Shown: positions 1 to 13,949 of the stretch, in pieces
Position numbering within the stretch: the first letter of the stretch is position 1
Layout: every line of letters starts with the position of its first letter
NCBI GenBank assembly: GCA_030265395.1
Contig: JARFYF010000055.1
Span: 22,895,445 to 22,959,444 of the forward strand
DNA: 64,000 nucleotides
Source: Rhina ancylostomus
Taxonomy: Eukaryota
Direction of reading: 5' to 3'
Notes under the pieces: model-generated
What the model saw: only the letters and a program-made list of their open reading frames with translations
Databases searched by the model: none
What the model was told of the DNA's origin: nothing
Position numbers and translations under genes: made by a program

Positions 1-849
1 CTGGTCAGTTCAGTAAGTCTCACAATCAGAAGACCACTTTCATGAAATTAGGTTGATTTGCAAAACAAATCGCAGTATCACGAGGATTTAGCCAGAGCTA
101 ATGGAACTCTTTTCTTGCTCTGTCAGAATAAAAAAGATTCTGGATGTCAGGGAGTCCTGCAGTGAGTGATACCTGGATACCAGAGGTTGTAGCCTCAGAT
201 ATACACGGAGCACCATAGCACATGATGGTGATTCCTGTGATTTGAATTGAGCTGATAATAGTGGCAGAACAGTCGCTACCATACCATCATAGTTTGGGTG
301 AACCCTGCAGCAAACCCGAAGCAGATTTCCAATCTGGATTGCAGACTTTCCAAGACTTTGGGCTTTTGAGAAGTATGGAATTAGAAATTATTTCAACCAC
401 CTTTTCAACATGAATTAAGGTGTTTAATTCATTCTATAATTTTCAAGCAACAGATGACCAAATAATGGTCAGAAATTTGAAATGTTGGTTAAAATTGATT
501 GATACCATGAGCAGAACTAGACACTCATAGCATGAGGTAAATATTATTCCATTAATTTTTAATTTAAGTCATCAAAGAAAAAGCTATTTATTTTAATCTG
601 TCCACTTCATCCGCAATAATTTAGAACAGTCTTCTAAATTTTACTTCAACTAAATTAATCAGGGGGTTTTGTTTTGCAATGATTCCATGCAGTATGACAT
701 AACAGGTCCTTTGGGACAATTAAAGTGAGGCACCTTTAAGACAGGTTCTGAAGGACAGGAACCAACATGCATGTCCTTCTCAGCCCTTACAAGTCTCAGA
801 AATTCACCAAATGGTGTCAGCTTTTCAGACCTCATTGCTGATTTTCCAA

Positions 850-1130
850 TGGCTCAATGAGTTTGACTGGTAGGGAGATGACTTCCATAGACAGGGAAGA
901 CCTTGGTCTGATCCCTGGTCTATGAAGTTAGCTAATCTGTGGGTGATAACAAAAGTTGTCTGTAAAGAACAGAACTGTACTCAGCTGCATAGAATACAAT
1001 GGTAAGGAGCCCAGCTACACTCACTGTTACAGTTCACAATTATAATGGTCATTTAACCAAGATAACAGAAGGAAATCAATTAAGGGCCACCTGTACTTCA
1101 AAGGGAACTTTCATGTCAGGAGAAAACCTC
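850..1130 (+). mobile_element. Ancient SINE-like relic (resembles AmnSINE2-type consensus)
   Basis: Blocks GGTCTGATCCCTGGTCTATGAAGTTAGCTAATCT and CTACACTCACTGTTACAGTTCAC..AATGGTCATTT match a recalled old vertebrate SINE consensus; highly diverged. Confidence 0.4.
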
Positions 1131-4100
1131 CAGCAAACAACAGCATAATGTGGTGACAGAGGTGTCATTCCTGGTCTGAGTTTATGACTTTTATAACATA
1201 AACCTGACCAACAGTAAGCAAAGCTGGAGCTTTACATTAATCAATATCAAACAGCATTGTCAGCAGCTATGCAATTTTTATGATATGTATACTTCTTCAT
1301 TAAAATCACCTGAGGCTTATTTCTATTATCTTGTTTGCACAAATTGACTGAGTCATCTTAGTTCACTGCAATTGATTCTATTGCAATTGTAAGGGATTTT
1401 CTCTTCCATATCTACCTCTCCTCCTTCTGATTTATTCCTCTCATCTATGGATATACCACAGGATGCACATCTACTTCTATTGATAACACAGCAGTTCGTC
1501 ACTCTGGCAGCAACAATGTTCAAATATGGTCATCACCTCATATTGTATATAGCTTGAGAGAGACTGGTAACCTCACTTNNNNNNNNNNNNNNNNNNNNNN
1601 NNNNNNNNNNNNNNNNNNNNNNNNNNNNNNNNNNNNNNNNNNNCTCAGTCGGGAACTTTAGTCTCAGATTATCACCCCATTTATGAAGATTGATTTCTCC
1701 ACTCCATATAATATATAAAATATTTTAAAATTATATTATTTCAAAATATATCAGCATTCTCCTAAAAGATGTATCAAGGATCCTGAAGTCTAAAACCATT
1801 TTACAGTAGTATTAGGTTTTCTGATGGTTACAATCAAGAAGAACTCCAACAGTTTTTACTATAGCAGTGTGCAACTGATCACCTTAGAAGGAGCAAAAGA
1901 GATCTAGTTTTACGGTTCTCACCTCCACTGTCAAGAGTTGTTAAGAGTGAGGTTCTGGGAACCATCAAAAACTGGAGAGTTTACCACCTTGATTTTATAA
2001 TATACTAAGTGCATTGCTTGCAGCCACTAATTGACCATCATGTTAAAGGGAACTTTAACGGTGTATTGGTGACATATTATGGGAAATGGAACAATGGAAG
2101 TAATAGTGGTTAAAGCGATATCCTCCGTAAAGGCTCTGGAAATGAATAAAGATCATGAATCAGATTTTTTAATTCTAAACTGAGCAGTTTAGAATTAAAA
2201 TGCCCTCATTTCACCTTTGCTGTGGGGAAAAAAAACTCAAATCATCTCCTGGTATTTGTTTAATATTAATAATTTATGTTTTGCTTAGATATTGATTTCA
2301 GCCACTAGTCTGTTAACTGTTTGTGTGTCCTATGTCACTAATGCATTCAAAGCTTTTGTTAAAGCATTGAAAAGCATCGCTGCTGAAAAGAACATGTTAG
2401 ACGCGGTTCATATTCAATGTGAAGCGTTACAGATACCAAGGGTTTGCTGCAAAGGAGTTTAATGGGAAATTTAGATATCACAGGTCTTAAATGGGGAACT
2501 TGAATGGTTTTGATGATTTGCCTTTGAGTCCCAAGATTTAGGCTTTGTTTATTTGCTTCTCTTTTACGTCTGCTGGGCTTTTCTGTTGAATGGTAAAATT
2601 CCGTCTAATCTATAAGGGGGAAGTGGCCCGTTTTCCCCTCTGTGATTAACAGCTTGCTAATAAAATCATGGGAATGTATGGTTGCAACATTTATGATTCC
2701 CGGGAAGTTGATTTTGTTAGCAGGTTGTTAATTACTAATTAAAACAGGCACACTTCTGCTTTTCATTAAAAGACGAATTTGTTTCCACGTCTNNNNNNNN
2801 NNNNNNNNNNNNNNNNNNNNNNNNNNNNNNNNNNNNNNNNNNNNNNNNNNNNNNNNNNNNNNNNNNNNNNNNNNNNNNNNNNNNNNNNNNNNNNGACTTT
2901 GCTTGAATATAAAACGTACAACACCTGGATTACTGGGGAATATTATGTCCAGATAATGTTGCTTACGTGTTGTATTAATATACCGCCTTTGCACAACAAA
3001 TCCTTTCAAAGTGCTTCACATAATGAACTATGCGGCACATGGCGCAATTCATTGTTTGAATCTGGGATTCAAAGTTTTAACATTACAAGCTGCCGCAAAT
3101 TATTTGTATCCTGGGATAGGCAACCACCAAATAATAAATAAGACTGAATCCGACGGCTACTCCTATCACGCTGCCACTCCCTTAGCACTTATATTCCCTA
3201 CATTAGAACTGTGACAGCGCTTCCAGAGCACGTAATTGGCTGAAGAGTGATTTAGGGCATCCTGGGGCCATGTAAGTCGCCATATAAATGCAAATCTTTT
3301 TTTTACCACTGCGGCTTACTTAAGGCAGCGTTCCTCCTAACTGATGTGTGTCTGCTGTTGTGGGAGTGCCCTCATGCGAAGTTTAGAGCCTGATTTTTAT
3401 GCTGTTAAGTTTAAAACGAACAATATCAGTTTCTCACACCACCAACAAGAACAGTCGTACTTTCTCGCCATTTCCTGGATACAAGTCGGCCCTGTCCCTG
3501 ATTTTCAAAAGAGGTTCCACATCTCTGAATTACAATTTTTGTTTTGTAAATCAGCGGCAGGGCACTACTGAGTAATAAATGGCAGCGTGCCTCACAAAGG
3601 ATTGAAGTTAAAGTACATGTGGACCATTGAATTCACCTGGGCAGAAATGAAAGTCCCACCCAACATTCAGGAGATCAGACTGGATTTTCTTAACCCCTCA
3701 CACTGAAATCTACGACACGTGTGCCCCGTTAGCCCCATGTGTTACCGCGAAGGTAAATCACACTTTTACTGTGACCTGTAAAGTGAGCGAAAGCCGCGTT
3801 AATCGATGCGAATAAAAAGATATAGATTGAGGTCAGAAAGACACGGCAAAACCAGAAAGCGAGCCTAAAGATAAACAAGCGCAAACATTCAAATATATTT
3901 CACTCAACGGAAACTGTTTTCTTTAAGAAAACTGTGCAGTGATTGCATATTTTGATAAAGTGGACATCTACAAATCTCTAATTCAAAACTTGACAACACA
4001 TCAGCCTCCAGTTAAAAAAAACTTCAGCTGAGTTTTAAGGCGAGAGAAACTATTATTTCCTAATAAGTGTCAATCAAATTCCAGCCCGTGAAGTGTGCAA

Positions 4101-5099
4101 ACTTACCATCTTCCCCAAGCGCTCTGCATCGTAATGAGAGTCCACTGTATGGAAGAGAACTTGCAAACCAAAGAAACCACTAAATAAGAGGGATAGATGC
4201 ATCCACGGGGAGATTTGCNNNNNNNNNNNNNNNNNNNNNNNNNNNNNNNNNNNNNNNNNNNNNNNNNNNNNNNNNNNNNNNNNNNNNNNNNNNNNNNNNN
4301 NNNNNNNNNNNNNNNNNNGTGAGATTTGCGGGACTAATGGGAATTAAGGGCGATGTAAAACGTGTATGTGGGTCTAGAGTTATGGTGCCTTGCAAAGTAC
4401 GATCTAACATTAAAATGCCCTAAATTAACATTAAAGGACGTGCTTGTGTTTATAAGAGACTTCCCCTGCAGCGGGGAGACCTGCGTTGAATGCTATTCTG
4501 CAATTCATAGAATTGGTAATTTGCTGTGGGGCGAAAAAAGACGTGAAGAGAAAAATAATCAAGCAGGACTGTAAAGCTGAAAGTGAAGTCCCCTGAGCGT
4601 GGGGAGAAATAAGTATTAACCATAAAAATAAACAAATTAGAAACTTCTCTTTCAGTTATGTAGATGGATTGTTCCAGCAATAAACCAGATCTAATAATCT
4701 CGATTCTGATCGTTGTGAATGTGGATGTATTAGAACAAATAACTCGTCTTTTTTTTTCATAATCGCTCTTTGCTGGTGTGGTGATTCCAGTTTTGTGTTT
4801 TGTACAGAACTCGTTTATTTTGCCACTCGGGTTCCCTGTAAGAATCGTTCGCTTTTACTTCCCCAAACCAGCAACAATAATCGACTATGTACACAAAACA
4901 AAGCGAGAAACAATATTAAAGGCGGGTGTGAACGATTCCCAGTCGTGGTTCTTCCACTGAGAACAGTTGCAGGCGGAGGTGAAAACAAATGCGGGATATC
5001 TTCACTGAGATCGTTGGTATTATCTCTGAGCAATGCCCAGCCATTTCCGCACTCTTTTATTGTTACTTTTTTTGTTAAATGAGGATCGCTGTGAGATTA

Positions 5100-5400
5100 G
5101 TTTCCCCACGTGGTAACAAATTGCAAAAACCCGAAAACAGTGACCAATCAAGTGCCGACAGACGGGATCTGAAGCCCCAAGTCATCACAGACTGGCCAAT
5201 CGGCTGCTTCGCGTTGGACCAAACTCATGCCAATCAGCGGGAGTTCTCCAATCAAACCTGAGTGTTGGTGGAGGCGCCCTCTCGCCAATGAGGTTGAGCT
5301 GTCCGCTGACAAGAAAGGCGAGTCGCCAATCAGCAGCGAGGCGAGGAGCGAATTGGCTGTCAGTCAGACGGTGTGAGCCAATTGGGCAGGCGGGCGTGTT
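5100..5400 (+). promoter_or_regulatory. Proximal promoter of POU3F1: CCAAT-box cluster, E-box, GC-box
   Basis: CCAAT at 5144, 5196, 5230, 5248, 5285, 5326, 5378; ATTGG at 5352 and 5381; CACGTG at 5107; GGCGGGCG near 5389; CpG-rich; directly upstream of the ATG. Confidence 0.8.
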
Positions 5401-5493
5401 GTGCGATCCTTGCCCCCCTCCTGCTGCTACAGACTTGGCTCCGCTAAAGCTGTGCAAAGTAGCTGCAACCTGATCAGTTTGGAAGTGCGAGTC

Positions 5494-6627
5494 ATGGCCA
5501 CCACAGCTTCGGCTCATTACATTCCGAGGAATAACTCGCTCCACTCTAACTCTTTGGTGCATCCGGACTCTGACAGGATGCATCCAGGAACTACCTATAG
5601 AGAAGTTCAGAAAATGGTGCAAAATGACTACTTGCATGGGCTGGCCAGCAATGGGCACCCCATCACGCACAGCCACCAGTGGCTGTCTTCTGTCACTGAC
5701 GGGGCACCTTGGGTCACCGCTTCTCACCTCGGACAGCCAGACCCAGCAAAGGCCAATGTGCAGACAGCCAGGGATGACCTTGGGAACAGCCTTCATCACC
5801 GAACACATCATATGGTCCATCAACAGACTCATGGCAACCACCCTGGAGGCGCCTGGGGGCCGACGGCAGCGCATCACATCCCGGGAATGCCACCTTCGAC
5901 CAATGGGCATCAACCCCTCATCTACTCGCAGCCAGGATTCACCAGCCTCAACAGTATGCTGAGCCCACAAAACCAGTCTCTACACCATGGGATGACGGAT
6001 GCTCTCCATGAAGATCCAGGTGGCCATGACAACCACCAGCAGCATCCTCCGCAGCATCACCAGGACCACTCGGATGAAGATGCGCCCACGTCTGATGACC
6101 TGGAGCACTTTGCAAAGCAGTTCAAACAAAGGAGGATCAAGCTCGGTTTCACCCAGGCGGACGTAGGCTTGGCGCTGGGCACTCTGTACGGCAATGTCTT
6201 TTCCCAGACCACCATCTGCAGGTTTGAAGCCTTGCAACTCAGCTTCAAGAACATGTGCAAACTGAAGCCCCTCTTGAACAAATGGCTGGAGGAGACTGAC
6301 TCAACCTCAGGGAGCCCCACCAGCATAGACAAGATAGCTGCCCAAGGGAGGAAGAGAAAGAAGCGGACGTCCATTGAGATAGGAGTGAAGGGTGCTTTGG
6401 AGAACCACTTCTTAAAGTGCCCCAAGCCATCAGCTCATGAGATCACCAGCTTGGCTGACAGTCTGCAGTTAGAGAAAGAAGTGGTCAGAGTTTGGTTTTG
6501 TAACAGAAGACAAAAAGAAAAGCGGATGACCCCAGCCGGAATCCCCGGCCACCCAGGGATGGAGGATGTATATTCACAAAGGGACACTCCGCCGCTTCAT
6601 CACACACTGCAGTCCCCTGTTCAATGA
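5494..6627 (+). CDS. POU3F1: POU domain class 3 transcription factor 1 (Oct6/SCIP/Tst-1), intronless, 377 aa
   Basis: ATG at 5494 in good context (gtcATGg). Intact POU-specific domain ([67 protein letters not shown]) and POU homeodomain ([10 protein letters not shown]...[15 protein letters not shown]). POU3F1-type residues: [53 protein letters not shown]. The ORF-track start at 5401 is a GTG extension. Confidence 0.95.
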   Translation: MATTASAHYIPRNNSLHSNSLVHPDSDRMHPGTTYREVQKMVQNDYLHGLASNGHPITHSHQWLSSVTDGAPWVTASHLGQPDPAKANVQTARDDLGNSLHHRTHHMVHQQTHGNHPGGAWGPTAAHHIPGMPPSTNGHQPLIYSQPGFTSLNSMLSPQNQSLHHGMTDALHEDPGGHDNHQQHPPQHHQDHSDEDAPTSDDLEHFAKQFKQRRIKLGFTQADVGLALGTLYGNVFSQTTICRFEALQLSFKNMCKLKPLLNKWLEETDSTSGSPTSIDKIAAQGRKRKKRTSIEIGVKGALENHFLKCPKPSAHEITSLADSLQLEKEVVRVWFCNRRQKEKRMTPAGIPGHPGMEDVYSQRDTPPLHHTLQSPVQ

Positions 6628-8900
6628 CTGTTCCAAACACACACCCACTTCCCACCAAGAAAAAAAGACTAAAAAAAAATTAAACTGGATTTTACAAAGC
6701 AAAAAAAACTGTCTGAAAAAGGGATTTAGCCAGTGTTGCTGAGACTGTTTATTTAGCACTGGACTGTACTCATACTTAGGAAAGAGGGAGAACACACATT
6801 TCATGCATTTCTTGTGGTAAATCAAGTGGTTATTTCCCCCTGCTGTAGAACAAAGCTTCCTCCCCCCCCCCCTCCCCCGTAATTAATTGACACGGATAAT
6901 TTGCAAAAGTTGTAACAAAAAAAATAATCGTTTTCTCTGCTGAATTGTTTCAGGGGATTCCTTAAGGCAGCGGTTTCTCTAAAAGGGTAAGCAAGAGTTG
7001 GGTTTAAACAAAAAGTAAAGACAGCACCGAATTGTCCGCATACAGTCGCTGGCTTGTTAAATGAGACAGACCGCCGGTGGGGAAAAAAACGTATATTTAT
7101 TATCTTGAACAGCTCTGTCACGAATTTTATTAAAAACAAATATTTATATATAGTTCACCCTCAGAGGATGTGTCTTGTAAGTTATGGACGTCCGCAGATC
7201 AATTGTTTAGACTTTTATTTCTGTGATTTTAAATATTCAAATCGATTCATTGAGAAAATGGTTTGCCATCCCAAACAAATCAATGTCAAACAAACATCAA
7301 TTGTTTAAATCAAACCTTGATTTTGACCATACACTTACTTGCGAAATTTACCCAGAAATTATGGAATAATTTTGTTTGTTAAATTGTTGAAAACTGAAAG
7401 GGAACTGTCAGTAAGGTTGAAGTTGGGAAGCTGTGCAAACGTTCATTGCCGATTCTGTTTAAAAAATATCAGGCAAGTTAAGACAAGTTTGAGAAATCAA
7501 GGAAACTGACGTCAGTTAACAACTCTTTAAAAGGTGTCTTTAAATGTAAGGACGAGCGGAAACACGTGAGTGAAAATAATTGAAGAGTTGAAATGGTCCA
7601 TTGCTGGTCATCCTTTTAAGTTTACCGTGTCGAAGGCGAAACAAATTAAAAGGGGAAATGTTGGACCTTTTTTTGCGTGGAAATGCACTTAAATGAGTGA
7701 ACTGATAATGCATTGTGCGTTCATTTCGTTTGCTAGGGTTTTCTTTTACAATAATAATATAACTTTGATTGTTCTGTAAATGCAAATACGCTAAAGTGGC
7801 AAACAAGTATATGTGACGGTGTAAGGGCCAGAGTTTACCTTCCCGCTCTCGAATCTTACCGGACGCGAATAATCCTCCGTCTCCGACTCCTACCCCCCCC
7901 CCCCTCAAAAAAAACTCAGGAACTAAGAACAGATTATGAAAAGAAAAACGCCTCATTCCCTGAGACGCGTTTTTATTGTCACTCCAGACAGATATTTGAG
8001 CAGGAAAAAATATAACGATTCATTTATAAGAAATGCTACCATTCCAAGTGGCAACATTGTTATGAATTTGCTACTAGATGTAAAGGATAAGTAATGTTGG
8101 AATTCCCCTATCAAACAATGCCGTTTTATTTTCAGCTGAATTTATTCAAGCTAATTGACATTGTTCTTTTATCCATCAACATCTAAGATACTGACCTTGT
8201 ATATTTCCTCTGAAAAATAAATCACATAGACAATTGCCAAAATAAAGTGTACATTATACATGTTAGAATGTTTACAGATCATCTAAAGAAAGGTAAAGAA
8301 GTTACACTTGGTGAGTGACTTGGTAAACATTACTTAGGACATGAAACAGTGAAAAAGTGGCTTGTTTAGTAATTGGANNNATAATAATTGTTCTGCTTTT
8401 TTACTGTACCACTATGTAATATGTAAATATGTTGAATATGTTACATATGTATTTGTTTTTGGAATTTAATGATTTTCTGGATTTTTTTTGTATGCTTACT
8501 AATTCCCAGAGGATATTTTAATATAATTTCCATATGAATTTCCCCCTTGTATTTATTTCATAAACACGTATTTGAAACTTTCTTTTTTCCTGTAGCTCTC
8601 ATTGGGGTTATGTTACAGCAATTCAAACAATGTTTGTTTTAGTACATTTTTGTTGTATCTTATAAAAGACAGGCTGCAGAGTCATATTAATATTTTGTTA
8701 TAGTAATATTTTATTACTTGCATAAAATGTATACACAGAACCCAACTGTGTCCTGCCTCTTTTCTAGGAGGTTGGGGAGGTGTTGACACCATGCTGGGTT
8801 TTGCTTGTTAATCCTTTCTGCTGTTGCCTGGATTGAATGTCACTTAAGCAAAAAAGCAGTGACAAGAAATCATTAAAAGTGATGTAAGGTCAAACTAAAA
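6628..8900 (+). other. Probable long 3' UTR of POU3F1
   Basis: Repeat-free and AU/U-rich. AATAAA at 8216 and 8241; ATTAAA at 8872 followed by a U/GU-rich tract; TGTAAATA at 8422. The true 3' end is inferred. Confidence 0.5.
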
Positions 8901-11900
8901 TTCTTGAATTTTAATAGTTGCCTGGTTTGTCAATTTTATTTCTTTATTTTGTGCATTCTAAGCATATTAGAACAATGCTCTCCAGATCACTGTGTATGTA
9001 CTTGTTAAAATTCAGGAGAGAACATTACTTTTTAGAAAAGTTTTTTATTAATGGCCTGGTGATGAATGAAAAGGCATGTGTTTATCAGTGTTTTTTGTAG
9101 GACACCATGGACAGTTACAACATTGGATAAGGTGAAGTAATAAACAGGCCCTGGGAGCATTTTCCTTTAAATAACTGTGCACCCTTAAATTTGTTTTGCT
9201 ATAACATTATGGGTATATGTATTTAGTAGTTATTTTAATACTTGCTTTGCAGCATCAGCTATAATTGTGTAACAATAAGAAGGTCTGAACTTGAGAGGTG
9301 TGGCTATGTCAGATTTAGCAACACCTCTCAGCTATGCAGAGCCTTCTGTTACATCAGCCCATGAACTGGCCATATCTATATCACAGTCAGTTATAGTTTT
9401 TATTTATAACTGCATTAACAAATTTGTGAATTAGTTTTGAAATCAATTTTAATCTAGTATCCTTGGTTTCTGAAGCCCTAGAGATGGTCAGCTATCTCAA
9501 CAGGCCCTATGATTCCTGTTCCGTACCCTGTAACCAAATTGGAATCCCACATAGTTTTTGCTCCATACCATCAATAAGGTTTCTCACCTGGCCAAAATCA
9601 GTAGTAGCTTATCGCCAGGGGTGGCAGTGGGGGCTGGAAACTTGAGTCCTAATGTTAGCCAGAGCTGAGAATCAAAACCATTGCTTTCCATCCAAGTTAA
9701 GACAGTTCTAGTCCAGATGCTTTTTAAGAAGTGGGCTCTTGCCAGTTTCTGATTCAAATTTGCCTGAACCCTGGTTAAGACTGCTCAATGAATACAAATG
9801 AGTTTGCAACTGAAAAATCATCTATTTTCTGGTTGCCAGAATATTGCTATCACTTATGAGTTTACCATCACTATCCTAGTCATGTTGTTAATTGAAAAGA
9901 ACACAGGTTACCTTACTTTAAATAATAAGCTGGTTTCATAAAATAATTGATAGTCAGCATACCAAGATATCCTCACAGTGTTTTGGCAATGCACACCTAA
10001 CATGAAAGGGGCCCTGTTGGACAGCTTAACTTCCTACTTGAGTTGTTTAAAGAAAATAGGGCTGCCAGAACATTCAGTTAGAAGTGACATCGAGGAAACA
10101 ACTCTATGAGGGGCAATTAGTTTTTACTTCATTTAAATTTAATGTGAAAATTTTAAAGATAACTTTTCAATGAAAGACTTGTTTTAAATATCTTTCTACT
10201 GTGAAGCATCTTGTTAAATGCTAGATATTATAAAATAGAATTAGACAAATTTAAGGACGCATGAATATTTGGATTGATTACACTCTAATCGTTGAGGTTA
10301 ATTGCTGAATTTATAGTGCTGAATTAAAATCATTAGTTAGAAAGGACTAAAGTACCTTTAGACTTTCCCAGGTTCCGAGTTTTTAGTAGGACACAATTAT
10401 TGGCAATGACCAATAATTAGTGTTAAGGGCAGTGTGCTATCAGCTGTGTGTTTATTATTAATCTAAGATCAAGTTTAACATCAATGTGGTTAGATCTGAT
10501 TTGATCTATAGCAATTGTATTTCCTCTGCATATATATATATGCATTGTTCTTATCACATTGTCTTGATAAAACGGATAAAAGGCCAGAATCTAATACCCC
10601 AATATATTGTTTAAAACCATTCTAATCGCATGTAATATAAATGAAATTTAACTTATTTGTCATTGTAAATCTGTGGTGATTGTGAATCCTATCTGAGAAT
10701 AGATTACAGTTAGCAATAACAAAGGGCTCTAATCAATTAAAAATTGCTGGAAAATCCCCAACAAATAGTTCAACTGTGCCCCAGGCAATCTCATTGTTGT
10801 GACAGAAACAGAACCTCTTTTGTATAGCAAGGGAATAACAGACAGTGAAGCATATTTTAAAATATTTTTATTAATGAGTGAACACATCACCAAGACTCAA
10901 TGGTGAAATCAACTCATAGATCTTTCTTACCTCAATTTTATATAGTGTTTGTCTCATTCCAAAACAAACCTGTGCAAATTAGAAATCTCTGCATTTACTA
11001 ATAGCATAAAATTCACACAAGTGTTTTCAATTAAAACTATTAATTCATTTGATAATATCCTTTGACCCATTCAAGAATTGTTGATGTCAATTTAAATATA
11101 GATTAAGCCCAAACTTTAAATATGGCACCAATTTAGGTTCAAACTGAGTTTTTTTTCAATTGGCTTGACTCTGAATATTTGCAAGTCAGCAGCTTATACT
11201 GTTCAGTAGGAAATAATAAGTTACATCAGATGAAAAAGTTGTTGCCGTGCCAAGTTTTAGACTATGTCATAGACTGACAATATATCAAAAAATGTAATGC
11301 TTTGAATCTGATTTCAAAATGCATAATATGGTTCATCTCAGGTCAATATACCTGGAATCTTAGATTGTTGCTAGTTGTCTTTGTCCTATTTATTCAGATT
11401 TAATATGGACAGAGAATAATTGCAATCTTATGCTTCCTAAACCATTGCATTAACAAAATAATGGGGCAAGGTTCAGAACAATAAAATTCTACATCATACA
11501 CCTTCATTTACACTTCAAATGAATAAATTAAAATGCAATATATACCACAACATTAAAAGCATCATGGTTATGTTTTTCCCACCAGCACAGACATGCTCCA
11601 TTTATATAAGACATTATAAACTAATTTAAAACAATAACTGAGCTCCAAGGAAATAAGTAGTATGCTTTTCCAACATATATAAATAAGTATATTTCATACT
11701 TATTTCATTTGCTATAGCAGACCATCTATTATACAGCACTAATGTAGGCAGATTGATTAAGATTTATAAACATCATATACTACCAAATAGAAATCTTTGT
11801 CAGTATACACTTCAAATATGAAATTGCCTCAACAGTAGAATATGAAACTATAATCTCATAGACCATAGACTTTGTTGTGCTGTATAGAATTTCCCTGAAA

Positions 11901-12502
11901 GAACACCTGACTCTTAGAACTAATTTCAGTCATAATTTTGCACAAATTCAAGACATGACTAGATTAAATACTAGACGACTGGCATTTTATTTGTAAATTA
12001 TTTGAAAAAGATCTCCACCACAAATGAGATACCCATTGGTATCTTAACTTAGCATTTCAGGTGATGGCAGAAAACATAAAATGTAAGGACTTATGGTTGG
12101 TGTATGGATTGGATCTTATCTGAAGAATTCATTTGCATGAAAAATTGGAGCAGAAACCATACAGATAGGTGAGTGGGATTTAAAACTATTTGATAAGACA
12201 AATGTAAGGACTAATTTCTTTTAACTTGTGGAACACTCAGCCAGCCAGTGTAATGACAAATGACATGGTGGAAGCATGCATAAAAAAAGAGAATGTGCTG
12301 ATTCCTGATTGAACAGTAAACTGAGTGATACAGGCTTAGTAACTAGGCAGGAGGGAAATGAAAATGTTTGAATATTAATGCTACACCAGTAAGCAGAGAG
12401 CTTGCTTTGCTTGTCCACCGGGAGCTTGATTGCATTGTGCAACTAAAGAGCAAGGGGGGCTCAGATGTATATTTCCTTTCTTCCCCATTAAACTAGGATA
12501 TA

Positions 12503-12503
<1 letters not shown>

Positions 12504-12554
<51 letters not shown>

Positions 12555-12654
12555 NNNNNNNNNNNNNNNNNNNNNNNNNNNNNNNNNNNNNNNNNNNNNN
12601 NNNNNNNNNNNNNNNNNNNNNNNNNNNNNNNNNNNNNNNNNNNNNNNNNNNNNN

Positions 12655-12731
<77 letters not shown>
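12504..12731. repeat. (CA)n microsatellite spanning a 100-N gap
   Basis: Seen directly; true length unknown. Confidence 0.98.
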
Positions 12732-13949
12732 TTATAGCATTGCCCCATCTCCGTAACCCCATCTTATTCCTTGTGTACATAAACACATGTACATAAGATT
12801 TATGTTCACCACAGTATACAATTGCTACAAAGTGGCAAAGGAGGCAATTTAAATTAAAAGATATTGCCTTAATGTTGTCATTGTGGGTCCATTCAAAATG
12901 GTGGAGAAAACATGTTAACGAAACACTCATCACACACAATGCAAGGAACAATATACCCTCCTAGGCACAGACAGCAGGAAAACACATTAGGAAACAGCAG
13001 AATTGGCATCACAGATGTGCAAAGGGATATTTTGTATGTGTGTCAATGTTTTACTCAAAGGGGCGCATCTAAACTGAGCACAGGGATAAATTCAGATATC
13101 TTTCAATTAATCTGAAGAGGCTCAGTTGGGATCAATCTGGATATACTACTCATCCTTAATTACAAGTCTTACCCTGCCACATTCTGCATGACATTACAGT
13201 GATATTCAGATTTTCTTGAACAATTCACACAAAAAGTAATGTATTGAAAGAAGCTGCACAGCCTGACAAAATTAATCATTTTGGTCGGAGGTTTTTGTTT
13301 CAGTTTACTGAGAAGGAAGTCTATGCACAGCTATGGAAGGCTCTATGCATTATTAACCATTCCAGGTAAAATTGGGATTACAGTGGGCTGTTTTGGAGGA
13401 AATCTCCAAAGATGAGAATGGATTTGATTGGTAATCCAGTTCTAAGCAAATAAATAAAGAATCACCAGAAACACCTTCTGTAAGTACATTATGATATTCG
13501 TATATAAATAAAGCAACAGGGAATTAGCAATGCTGCAGTCTAGTTATTATGAATAAATCATGGAATTGCTGAGATAAACATTGCACCTACCTGCAAAAGC
13601 TACATTAATATATAATAAAATAGTAAAAGCGGCATATATTATATGAATAATTTATCTAAAGTGTACTATGAAATTAGAAAAAGATAGAGGCATGAGCATA
13701 ATATGTAGTGAAATATTGAAGGTCACAGAGACATAAGAGAAATAATATCAAATAATCTCAGATTCTTAAATATCAAATAATAATAGATGATTATTCAAAA
13801 GTATACAAGTATATGTTAATATACACAAGTTCTAATATTTGCATTTCATGTAGTATGGAAATATGTTTAAGATATGGAAATAAATCTCAGGGATAATTAC
13901 AAAATGTATTACAGTTTCACAGTGCAAACTCAAATAAAAATCAAGTGGT

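Noticed and set aside
3288-3295. Octamer ATGCAAAT upstream of the gene
   Set aside because: Sits in a TATAAATGCAA L2/SINE-type tail remnant, so it is probably repeat-derived.
5401-5493. 31-aa in-frame N-terminal extension from GTG
   Set aside because: POU3 proteins begin at MAT; the extension is non-AUG, lies at the likely TSS region and has no homology support.
5185-5970. 261-aa antisense ORF overlapping POU3F1
   Set aside because: Shadow of a GC-richer coding strand; no recognisable domain.
12381-12951. ORFs rich in CV/TH dipeptides
   Set aside because: Translations of the (CA)n microsatellite and N-run.
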